Source of the DNA: Longimicrobiales bacterium
Lineage (GTDB): Bacteria; Gemmatimonadota; Gemmatimonadetes; Longimicrobiales; Gaopeijiaceae
Assembly: GCA_965219445.1 (NCBI GenBank)
Contig: CBDCNQ010000004.1
Location: 1,120,001-1,184,000, forward strand
Length of the DNA stretch: 64,000 nt
Reading direction: 5' to 3'
In this document: positions 49,767 through 58,069 of the stretch, one piece after another
How positions within the stretch are numbered: the stretch's first letter is position 1
Layout of the letters: every line of letters begins with the position of its first letter
Made by a program: the position numbers and the translations under genes
The notes under the pieces: generated by a model
Seen by the model: the letters and a program-made list of their open reading frames with translations, nothing else
Databases searched by the model: none
Told to the model about the DNA's origin: nothing

Positions 49767-51666
49767 ATCGGGATAGGGGAGGACCGGCGATCCCGGTCCT
49801 TCCCCTCCCACACCACCAGGCATGCGGGTCCGCACCTGGCGGTTCGGTGAGTTGAGGTCAGTACGGCGTGAGCCGGGGCACACCCAGCTCGTCGAAGTAC
49901 GCCCCTGGCAAGGCCGTGTGCAGGGCGTGGTGCGCGGCCACGTGCCACCAGCTTCGCGCGAACCGAGCAGCTCGCCAGGCGAGGTTCTCGCTCACACCGC
50001 GAGCCCTCAACTCCCGGTACGCTGTCCTTCCCCGTTTCCACTGGCGTAATTGCAACGTACGCAGCCGGCGGTGGATCCATTGGTCCAGGTCTCGGAAAAC
50101 CCCCGGTGTATCCGCTAAGCCGAAGTATGCCTTCCACCCCAGCACGTAGCGCCGTAGCTCTTCTGCCACCTGTTGCAGGCTCCGCCCGCCACTCCGGCTT
50201 GTAATCTGCCGGACTCGCTCCTTGAACTTCGTCAGGGCCTTCTTGCTGACCCGGCGCTTCACGACCTTCCCTGCCGCTACCCAGAAGCTGTAGCCCAGGA
50301 ACTGTCGATCCCACACTCGCGCCACCGCGCTCTTTTCCTCGTTGACCTGAAGCCGAAGTTTCCCGTACAAGTGCCTCAGCGCCTGCATCACACGTTGTCC
50401 TGCCCGCCTCGACCGCACGTATACATTGCAGTCATCGGCGTACCGGACAAACGCGTGTCCGCGTAGCTCCAACTCCTTGTCCACTTCGTCCAGGAGCACG
50501 TTCGCCAGCAACGGCGACAACGGTCCGCCCTGAGGCGTCCCCATGTGCCGCTCCATCACCACCCCGTTCGCCATGACTCCGGCTTCCAGGTAGCGACGGA
50601 GGATCCGCAGCATCGCCTTATCCTCGATCCGCTTTGCCAGCCGCCCCATCAGCACGTCGTGGTTCACCCGGTCGAAAAACTTCTCCAGGTCCACATCCAC
50701 CACCCATCGTCTCCCCTCCTGGATGTAGTGCTGCGCTTCGCGCACCGCATCGTGCGCTCGGCGCCCAGGCCGGAAGCCGTGGCTGTGCCGACTGAACGTC
50801 GGGTCGAACCTCGGTTGCATCACCTGCAGGATGGCTTGTTGGATGAACCGGTCCAGCACGGTCGGAATCCCCAACTCCCGGACCCCTCCCCCACTCTTCG
50901 GTATCTCCTGCCTTCGTACCGGCTTCGGTTGGTAGGTCCCCGCCAGCAACCGCTGTCGGATCTCCCCCCAGTGCCTGCGCAAGTACTCTGGCAGCTCCTC
51001 CACGTTCATCCCGTCGATGCCCGGACTGCCCTTATTCTGCCGCACGCGTTTCAACGCTCCTACGAGGTTGGCACGCCCGACCACCTCCTGCATCAGGAGA
51101 TGCTCGCTTCCTGAGCGCTCGTCTCCATGGGCCACCGTTCCGGCTTCGCCACTCCCCTCTACCTTCGGGGCTTCACCCCTATCCTCCAGTGGGAGCTCCA
51201 GTTGCCTGGACTCCTGGCGCATGGCCTTGCCGAGGTCCACGGTCGTCACGCTCTCCTCTCCGTTCGGCCCTTCGTCCGACAAAGCTGGGTCCAAGCGCAT
51301 CATGCACTTCGTCGGCCTACTATGGCCTCTGCTGACTTCTCGCTCCGCCGGCAGGCCCAACAGCGCAGTGCCGGCGTCACCCTTTCAGGCGTCAGGCGAG
51401 ACCTCCCCGGGTAAGAACGATGACCTTCCCCGCACAATCGCCGGATCTACGCCGCTTCCCCTTGGTCGCAGGAGCTTCGCGGTCAGTGGTCCGCTCGCCC
51501 CGGTCCGCAGCGCCTCGTATCCGGTTCCTGTTCGTCGACTCACGGGTTCGTTTCACGCTTCGTTCAGCGTACGCCTCACGACGAACGCCTTGCGCTTCCC
51601 TTCGGTCCCTGCGACCAGGTTCCGGGAGGACTTTCACCTCCAAGTCATCGCCCATGCCGGGCCCAC
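49767..51666 (-). mobile_element. Group II intron, bacterial class C (IIC), 1900 nt
   Basis: 5' GTGGGCCCGGCATGGG; D5 GAACCGCCAGGTGCGGACCCGCATGCCTGGTGGTGT with a CGC triad; D6 hairpin ending CTATCCCGAT. Removing it restores the IS256 repeat. Confidence 0.92.
49858..51222 (-). CDS. ltrA: Group II intron reverse transcriptase/maturase, no endonuclease domain
   Basis: PGIDG, RELGIPTVLDR, DLEKFFD, GTPQGGPLSPLLAN, RYADD, FLG and GWKAYF; start uncertain. Confidence 0.95.
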   Translation of the reverse strand: MRQESRQLELPLEDRGEAPKVEGSGEAGTVAHGDERSGSEHLLMQEVVGRANLVGALKRVRQNKGSPGIDGMNVEELPEYLRRHWGEIRQRLLAGTYQPKPVRRQEIPKSGGGVRELGIPTVLDRFIQQAILQVMQPRFDPTFSRHSHGFRPGRRAHDAVREAQHYIQEGRRWVVDVDLEKFFDRVNHDVLMGRLAKRIEDKAMLRILRRYLEAGVMANGVVMERHMGTPQGGPLSPLLANVLLDEVDKELELRGHAFVRYADDCNVYVRSRRAGQRVMQALRHLYGKLRLQVNEEKSAVARVWDRQFLGYSFWVAAGKVVKRRVSKKALTKFKERVRQITSRSGGRSLQQVAEELRRYVLGWKAYFGLADTPGVFRDLDQWIHRRLRTLQLRQWKRGRTAYRELRARGVSENLAWRAARFARSWWHVAAHHALHTALPGAYFDELGVPRLTPY

Positions 51667-51686
51667 CACCCTTCTATGGGGCTGGC

Positions 51687-51692
51687 GGTCAA
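51687..51692 (-). promoter_or_regulatory. -35 box (TTGACC) of the IS110 circle-junction promoter; -10 CATCAT is at 53265-53260
   Basis: Joining the right end to the left end through AAGG gives TTGACC-N17-CATCAT. Confidence 0.7.
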
Positions 51693-51844
51693 GACGCACC
51701 TTCCCCACGCGCCGTCGGCTCATTTTTTGACCGTCGGCGTCCGCATGGTTTGGATTGCCCGGTCGACGACTCAGGGTGGGGAGGGGTGCGCTCGCAGGGT
51801 CCGCATCGCAGTCCGGAAGACGTTCACAGCCGTCGCGTTCTCCG

Positions 51845-52000
51845 CTCTGGAGCGGGAACCATCCTTCTATCTGGGACTCTGTGGCCCATCGCTTCGTTCG
51901 GCTCTCCAGGGGTGCATAGCCTTTGAGTGGGGGCTTGGGCTCTCTGCCCCGGCCCACGGTGTGTATGGATGCTGTCCCCTGTAACCGGTTCGCTTCCGTT
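51845..52000 (-). ncRNA. Predicted bridge RNA/seekRNA core (target- and donor-binding loops); ends approximate
   Basis: Loop 1: cagggg..gcat-cca[TACACACC]gtggg..cccac[TCAAAGG]ct-atgc-a-cccctg. Loop 2: gaac[gaagcga]tggg..ccca[gATAGAAGGatg]gttc. The guides match the target and donor. Confidence 0.8.
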
Positions 52001-52058
52001 TCGTCGGACCCCATGTTGTGACCGCTTTCGACCCCACGCTCGCCGATCCCAGGCCGGT

Positions 52059-53114
52059 TTACTCCGTCGCTTCCAGTCTCTTGGGGTCGTACGCTTCGCC
52101 CGTGCGCCACACCGCTAGCACGATCGAGGCGAGCTGACGCGCGATCGTCAGCTTCGCCAGATTCGGCTTCGTGCCCCCCTCCAGGAGTCGCTCGTAGTGG
52201 CGGTACAAGGGCTCGTCCTCGGCCCGACCGATCACCGTCGTCGCTGCGCCCTTGAACACACGCTTCAGCGTGTGGTTGAAGTTCCGATTCAGCCCCCGCG
52301 TCTGCTGTACCGGTTCCCTTACCCACCGCCCACCCGGACCCCGCACCCAGTCCGACGAGCTCCGCATCACGACGCCCAGTCCGCAGTACGCCCAGAACCT
52401 GCTCCGGCTCTGGAACCGGTACGGCGTCACCACCACCGGCAGGAGCTCCGCCGTCCGGATCGGACCCAGACCCGGGCACGTCTTCAGCACATGCCACTCT
52501 CGATGCTTGCGTGCTTCCGCCAGCAACGCCTTCTCGGCCTTCGCCCTCAATGCCACGAGTGCGTCGTGCTCCTCGTACAGCAACCCGGCCGTCGTCCTGC
52601 TCGCTTCCGGCAGCTTGGCCAACCACTCCTCCCGGTCGCGCTTTAAGTAGACCGAGCGCCCCGCGCCGTAGGCCACTCCTCTCGAGCGCAGCACGCTCTT
52701 GAGCCGGTTCTTCACCCGCACCGTGTCGCCGACCAAGAAGTCGTAGCTCTTCGCCCGTTCCCCCAGCCGCCTGAACTGGCCCCGGTTCTTGTAGACCGTC
52801 GTCTCCAGTGATCCGATCCGCAGCTTCTCCGCCAGGGCAAACGCGTCCAGCTTGTCGGTCTTCGGGCCCCGGCTCTTGCCGACCCCCGCCACCGTCAGCT
52901 CCTCCACGTGCGGCTTCAGCACCTCGTACAGCCACCCCGACAGCGTCCCTTCTTCCAGGCATAAGTGCCGGTTCCTCGGAATCCCTCGCAGCACCTCGAT
53001 CAGCGCCCGCGCGTTCGTCTCCACCACCTGCGAGCCCAAGCGCTTGCCGCTGGGGCCTACAATCCCCAGCGTGCAGCTCGACGCGTGTGCGTCGAGTCCG
53101 ATATACCTCTCCAT
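52059..53114 (-). CDS. IS110 family DEDD recombinase/transposase
   Basis: GAGGAGG RBS; YIGLD, LEEG, KTDKLDA, CPGLG, AYCGL..RSS and ARQL. Confidence 0.95.
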   Translation of the reverse strand: MERYIGLDAHASSCTLGIVGPSGKRLGSQVVETNARALIEVLRGIPRNRHLCLEEGTLSGWLYEVLKPHVEELTVAGVGKSRGPKTDKLDAFALAEKLRIGSLETTVYKNRGQFRRLGERAKSYDFLVGDTVRVKNRLKSVLRSRGVAYGAGRSVYLKRDREEWLAKLPEASRTTAGLLYEEHDALVALRAKAEKALLAEARKHREWHVLKTCPGLGPIRTAELLPVVVTPYRFQSRSRFWAYCGLGVVMRSSSDWVRGPGGRWVREPVQQTRGLNRNFNHTLKRVFKGAATTVIGRAEDEPLYRHYERLLEGGTKPNLAKLTIARQLASIVLAVWRTGEAYDPKRLEATE

Positions 53115-53309
53115 GGGCATCCTCCTCTTGGGTAGGACGGGTTGGGTTGCTTGCTTGCGCGAATAATGATGAACGCGCACCCGCTCCCGGAGGAGAACGC
53201 CTCTTCGTCTTCGGGCTGCTTCGCTGCTGATCGGTACCGGTAGCGGTCGCCATGCCCCTATGATGCCTTTGATCCTAGCTCCCTTGGCGACACACAGGGT
53301 GTGGCCTGG

Positions 53310-56279
53310 ATGGGTAGCTTCAACGAAGCCAATACGGTCGAAGCTTTCATCCGAGACCGTCTATGTGGCGGTACCACACATCACACCGCCGTCCGCTCCG
53401 GCCTGGCCCATCGTCACAGTCAAGTGTCCGGTCTTGGCTGGCACTACCTCGCACCACAGAATCTGTCACGCCAGCCGCACGAAGTCCTCGTTGAGGATCG
53501 TCTCCGTGAGGCGTTGATTCGACTGAACCCGGAAATTGCCGAACAGCCTGACCGTGCGGACGACGTCCTGTACAAGCTCCGCGCCATCATCATGGGCGTA
53601 CGTAGCGACGGGCTTGTCAAGGCCAACGAGGGGTTTGCGGCTTGGCTGACCGGCGAGCGGTCGATGCCGTTTGGCGAGCATGGCGAGCACGTGACCGTCC
53701 GGCTGATTGACTTCGAGGACCTCAAGCGCAATCAATACGTCGTCACCACCCAGTTCACCTACCGTGCCGGCGCGACCGAGAAGCGGGCGGATCTCGTCCT
53801 GCTGGTCAACGGCATTCCCCTGGCGGTAATCGAAGCGAAGACTCCCGTCCGGGCCAGCCAAAGCTGGTTCGACGGCGCACTCCAGATCCATGACGACTAC
53901 GAACGCAATGTCCCGGAGCTGTTCGTTCCAAACGTCATCTCCATCGCCACTGAAGGCAAAGAGTTCCGGTACGGGTCCATCGGTCTGCCGGTTGAACTGT
54001 GGGGACCATGGCGCATCGAGGCGGACGCTGAGACACCGGCCCTTGTGCGCATCGCCCAAGCCGTCGACTCGATGCTACGGCCGAATGTCGTTCTGGATCT
54101 ACTGGCCAACTTCACAGCGTACGCCACGGACAAGAATAAGCGCCGCATCAAGATAGTTGCGCGCCATCAGCAGTACGAGGCCATCAATCGAATCATGGAG
54201 CGTGTGGTCGCGGGCCACCCGAAAAAGGGTCTCATTTGGCATTTTCAAGGTTCGGGCAAGTCCCTCCTGATGCTCTTCGCCGCCCGCAAGTTGCGACTGC
54301 ATGCGGCGCTCAAGAATCCCACCGTGATGGTCGTGGTCGATCGCGTCGACCTCGACAGCCAGATTTCGAGCACGTTCTACGCCGCCGACACACCGAACTT
54401 GGTGAAGGCCGACAGTCGGGTCGAACTGCAGCGCCTGCTGACGCAGGACACTCGAAAGATCATCATCACGACGATCTTCAAGTTTGCGGAGGCCGAGGGT
54501 GTCCTGAACGACCGCGGCAACATCATCGCGATGGTCGACGAAGCCCATCGCACGCAGGAAGGCGATCTTGGCCGCACGATGCGCGAGGCGCTACCAAACG
54601 CTTTTCTGTTCGGCCTGACCGGCACACCGATCAACCGCGCTGACCGCAACACGTTTTACGCCTTTGGGGCCGAGGAGGACCAAGCTGGCTACATGAGCCG
54701 CTACGGTTTCGAGGAATCGATCCGCGACGGCGCCACGATGCCGCTCCACTTCGAGCCGCGGTTACTGGATCTGCACATCGACAAGGAAGCCATCGACCAG
54801 GCGTTCACGCAGCTCACGGGTCGCCTAAGCGACCTGGACAGGGACCAGTTGGCGAAGACTGCCGCGAAGATGGCGGTACTGGTGAAGTCCCCGGAACGGA
54901 TCCAGACGGTCTGCGCCGACATCGCGCGGCACTTCCAAGAGAAGGTCGCGCCGCACGGCTTCGGCGCCCAGGTGGTCACCTTCGACCGCGAAAGCTGTGT
55001 GCTCTACAAGGAAATGCTCGACGAGCACCTGCCGTCTGAGATGTCGGACATCGTGATGACGGTCAACAGCGGCGAGGACCAATATGCCGCGTACCGTCGC
55101 GACCGCGACGCCGAAGAGAAGCTGCTTTACCGATTTCGCGATCCAGCCGACCCACTGAAGATCTTGATCGTCACCTCGAAACTGCTGACGGGGTTCGACG
55201 CGCCTATTCTTCAGGCGATGTACCTCGACAAGCCGCTTCGAGACCATACGCTGCTACAGGCGATCTGCCGCACGAATCGGCCCTTCGGTGAGGTCAAGAC
55301 GCACGGGCTCATCGTTGACTATCTTGGGGTCTTCGACGATGTGGCGCAGGCGATTCAGTTCGACGAGGAAGGAATCACCAGGGTCATCAAGAACATCAGC
55401 GAGTTGGCTGGTCGTCTGCCCGAGGCTGTGCAGAAGTGCCTCGCGTACTTCCCGGACGTCGATCGGATCGTTACCGGTTACGAGGGCCTCGTGGCGGCGC
55501 AGGCCTGCTTACCGACCAACGACGTGCGAGATCACTTCGCCGCCGACTACAGCTACCTGGCGCGATTGTGGGAGGCCCTCTCACCGGATCCTGTCCTGAG
55601 TGCGCACGAGACCGACTACCGCTGGCTCACGCAGGTCTACGAGTCTGTGCGACCTTCGACGGGCACGGGCCGCCTTCTGTGGCATGCACTTGGCCCGAAG
55701 ACCATTGAGCTGATTCACGAGCACGTCCACGTTGACGCCATCAGAGACGACCTCGAAACGCTCGTGCTCGACGCCGATCTCCTTGAGGCTGTGCTCGGCG
55801 CGCCCGATCCAGGGAAAAAAGCGAAGGAGATCGAGATCAAGGTCTCGCGGTGGCTTCGGAAGCGTCTGCACGACCCTCGGTTCAAAGAGCTTGGAGAACG
55901 GCTGGAGGCGCTCAAGGAGAGACATGAGCGGGGACTGCTCACGAGTGTTGAGTTCTTGAAGGAACTGCTTAATCTCGCGCGGGATGTCGTGTCAGCCGAT
56001 CGCACGGTGCCTCCGATGGAACGCGAAGAGCAAGGGAAGGCGGCTCTTACCCAGCTCTTTGAAGAGGCGAGAAATCCCGACACTCCGATCATCGTCGAGC
56101 GCGTTGTGACCGACATCGACGAGATCGTGCGGTACGTTCGGTTCGACGGCTGGCAGAGTACGCATGCGGGCGAACGCGAGGTCAAGCTAGCCCTTCGAAA
56201 AACGCTCTTCAAGTACAAGCTCCATCAAGATCAGGAGCTGTTCAACAGAGCGTACGGCTACATCAGAGAGTATTACTAA
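53310..56279 (+). CDS. hsdR: Type I restriction endonuclease subunit R
   Basis: ADLVLLVNGIPLAVIEAK, WHFQGSGKS, VDEAHR, GLTGTP, LLTGFDAP and QAICRTNR. Confidence 0.95.
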   Translation: MGSFNEANTVEAFIRDRLCGGTTHHTAVRSGLAHRHSQVSGLGWHYLAPQNLSRQPHEVLVEDRLREALIRLNPEIAEQPDRADDVLYKLRAIIMGVRSDGLVKANEGFAAWLTGERSMPFGEHGEHVTVRLIDFEDLKRNQYVVTTQFTYRAGATEKRADLVLLVNGIPLAVIEAKTPVRASQSWFDGALQIHDDYERNVPELFVPNVISIATEGKEFRYGSIGLPVELWGPWRIEADAETPALVRIAQAVDSMLRPNVVLDLLANFTAYATDKNKRRIKIVARHQQYEAINRIMERVVAGHPKKGLIWHFQGSGKSLLMLFAARKLRLHAALKNPTVMVVVDRVDLDSQISSTFYAADTPNLVKADSRVELQRLLTQDTRKIIITTIFKFAEAEGVLNDRGNIIAMVDEAHRTQEGDLGRTMREALPNAFLFGLTGTPINRADRNTFYAFGAEEDQAGYMSRYGFEESIRDGATMPLHFEPRLLDLHIDKEAIDQAFTQLTGRLSDLDRDQLAKTAAKMAVLVKSPERIQTVCADIARHFQEKVAPHGFGAQVVTFDRESCVLYKEMLDEHLPSEMSDIVMTVNSGEDQYAAYRRDRDAEEKLLYRFRDPADPLKILIVTSKLLTGFDAPILQAMYLDKPLRDHTLLQAICRTNRPFGEVKTHGLIVDYLGVFDDVAQAIQFDEEGITRVIKNISELAGRLPEAVQKCLAYFPDVDRIVTGYEGLVAAQACLPTNDVRDHFAADYSYLARLWEALSPDPVLSAHETDYRWLTQVYESVRPSTGTGRLLWHALGPKTIELIHEHVHVDAIRDDLETLVLDADLLEAVLGAPDPGKKAKEIEIKVSRWLRKRLHDPRFKELGERLEALKERHERGLLTSVEFLKELLNLARDVVSADRTVPPMEREEQGKAALTQLFEEARNPDTPIIVERVVTDIDEIVRYVRFDGWQSTHAGEREVKLALRKTLFKYKLHQDQELFNRAYGYIREYY

Positions 56280-56319
56280 ACTCAAGCGAGGCTGCAGGAT
56301 CGTCCAAGGTAGTGTGGGC

Positions 56320-56700
56320 TCAGCCGATGGCCATGGCACCATAGCCGAGGCTCGAACCGATGGAGGCTGTTGGCACCAGTGCCGAGCGCACCCAGAGCGG
56401 CGCGTAGTGCCGCGCATACTGGATAGCATGCCCCGCCTCGTGCGTGGTCACGCCGACGGCGGCGATGGAATCCGACGCATAGACCGGCTCGGAGAGCGCC
56501 AGCTTTCTTCGTCACCGGGTTGGAGTGGTCGGACAGCACGCCGTGGGCGCGGACAATCTGCACGTCGGTGATGCCTGCCCCGCGCAGGAGGGCCGCTGCG
56601 GCCTGGGCGTCCGTGAACCCGCGCCGACCCTGGACCTTCGCACAGTAGTTGAAGGTGCGCTTGACCCGCGCACTCGCCCAGGGCGAGAGTCCCAATCCGG
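56320..56700 (-). pseudogene. Zinc metallopeptidase (YugP-like) remnant
   Basis: ARVKRTF..GVLSDHSNPVTK, a +1 frameshift near 56505, then LALSEPVYASDSIAAVGVTTHEAGHAIQ and a premature TGA. Confidence 0.75.
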
Positions 56701-56714
56701 GGAGGGCGGGTTGA

Positions 56715-56972
56715 TTACTGACGATCCTAGGGGTCGAGCGCAGGGGGTTCCTGCTAAGTGCGACGCTCGGGCTCGCGATGTGGAACGCGATGAACTCGCT
56801 CGTGACGGGCGGCGTGGTGTTCGCGGTGGGTTACGGAGCCGGGTGGCCGGCCAGCCGGAAGGACCCCGACATGCTTGGCGTGCTACGCTCGGGGACGCGC
56901 TACCCGGCTCGCTTCGACCCTGGCAAGTGGGCCGACGAGCCCTGGCATCTAGTGATCCGGAGCGGGCGATGA
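56715..56972 (+). pseudogene. VirB3/TrbD-like type IV secretion protein remnant
   Basis: LLTILGVERRGFLLSATLGLAMWN...RKDPDML...YPARFDP; no start codon; ATGA overlap with the next fragment. Confidence 0.65.
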
Positions 56973-57250
56973 GGATCTCCGCGGAGCTCAGGGACTACGA
57001 GGCGGCCGGTTCGCTGACCTAGGAGCTGCCCTACTGGGGCTGGCTCGAGGACGGCTGTACCTGCCCGACGCGCTCCGGCGAGCTGATCGCGGTCGGACGT
57101 CTGGAGCCCGCGGTCGTGGATGGGCGTTCACCCGAGCAGATCGACCGTGTGCTGGGCCGCTGGCAGCGTCTGCTCTCGGGGTTGGACGACCATACGCGTC
57201 TCTACTTCTATCTACTCCGCCGGCCGGCCTCGCCCGAGGCCGCGGACATC
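56969..57250 (+). pseudogene. VirB4/TrbE-like ATPase N-terminal remnant
   Basis: MRISAELRDYEAAGSLT*ELPYWGWL...LSGLDDHTRLYFYLLRR with an in-frame TAG at ~57020; truncated. Confidence 0.6.
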
Positions 57251-57829
57251 GCGGGCTCCGGCATCGTAGCGGGTCGTTCCCGGCCTCCCCCCAATTTGGA
57301 CCTCCACGGTCCGACCAAACGGCTACGCTCACGCCGGCAACGCCTCGTATCGGGTGCGGCCAACCCCTGCCGCAGCGGCCCGTTCGTTTTGTATATCCGA
57401 AGTGATCCACAGCGTATCGGTGACCGGCTAACCGCCAGCGTAGTAACGGGTTACTGAATAATTCGCCGGTTCAACCCAGACTGCACGATCTGCCGCACTT
57501 GCCGTTGGCCGTTGGCTGATTGCAGCGTACCGAAATAGCGAGAAAACGGCATCGAATGTCGGGAATCCGGGTCGCATCGGGTCCCGTGTCAGCAGTTCGT
57601 CGTGAGTTCCTCACGCTGGCCAAGGTCACGTGGGTGGCCCCCCGTATGACGGCCCACACCTACGCGGGACTCTTCAGCGATCACAAGTGGACGATAGGTC
57701 AGTGGTGGTACGGGAAGGCAGACTGCTGCATCGACCGATGGGCCGGGAACGGGCGCGGCGCCCACACGATCGTTCACGAGGTCTTCCGCCTGTTCAGATT
57801 TCGGCGCCCGGACACACCGCCCGACAGAG

Positions 57830-57950
57830 GCGTCGTCGCCGAGCCATGCGCGGAGCTTCTTCACGACAGTGCGCACGCGATTGGTATCGTCCGAGCCCCG
57901 GCGCCCCCACACTTGGCGGAGGAGCGCGTCCGTGGTCACCCCCGCATGGT
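57830..57950 (-). pseudogene. OmpR-type winged-helix domain fragment
   Basis: VTTDALLRQVWG...RVRTVVKKLRAWLGDDA. Confidence 0.55.
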
Positions 57951-58069
57951 CGTGGGTAGCCAACAAGCAATGCTCCCTCCTCGATCAGCAACGCCAGCAC
58001 CGACCGCAACTTCGTTAGGTCCTAAGCCGGGGGCGGTCCCGGGCAGCTCCGGGCGGGGCACCGTCCGCT

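Larger units (their letters stand above)
51670..53265 (-). mobile_element. IS110 family element with a long 3' non-coding end (IS1111-like layout)
   Basis: Shared AAGG at both junctions (53269-53266 and 51673-51670); imperfect subterminal IR (TAGGGGCATGGCG / ATGGGGCTGGCG); a promoter forms when the ends are joined. Confidence 0.88.
48400..53281 (-). mobile_element. IS256 family element (~1386 bp after removing the two nested elements)
   Basis: IRR read inward from 48400 is GAGGTTGGGTCAATAGGTGTGTAAAtgtttcAGGCGGCGT. The reconstructed IRL from 53281 is GAGCTAGGATCAAAGG|GTG|TGTAAAaaaagAGGCGACGT. Confidence 0.85.

Noticed and set aside
49858..51360. Reverse transcriptase next to an R-M locus as a retron, DGR or defence RT
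   Set aside because: It has a maturase region and sits inside a complete IIC ribozyme with D5/D6; no template/variable repeat pair or msr-msd was seen.
51634..53253. 539-aa ORF overlapping the IS110 gene in another frame
   Set aside because: Low-complexity G/A/R translation typical of GC-rich alternative frames; it runs through the structured non-coding end.
48391..53292. ttaacgaca (48391-48399) / ttggcgaca (53284-53292) as the IS256 target-site duplication
   Set aside because: Only 7 of 9 match and it is offset 2 bp from the tip implied by the repeat alignment; possible but unsupported.
57440..57480. AT-rich gtaacgggttactgaataattc as an IS end or att site
   Set aside because: No partner repeat, transposase or integrase was found nearby.
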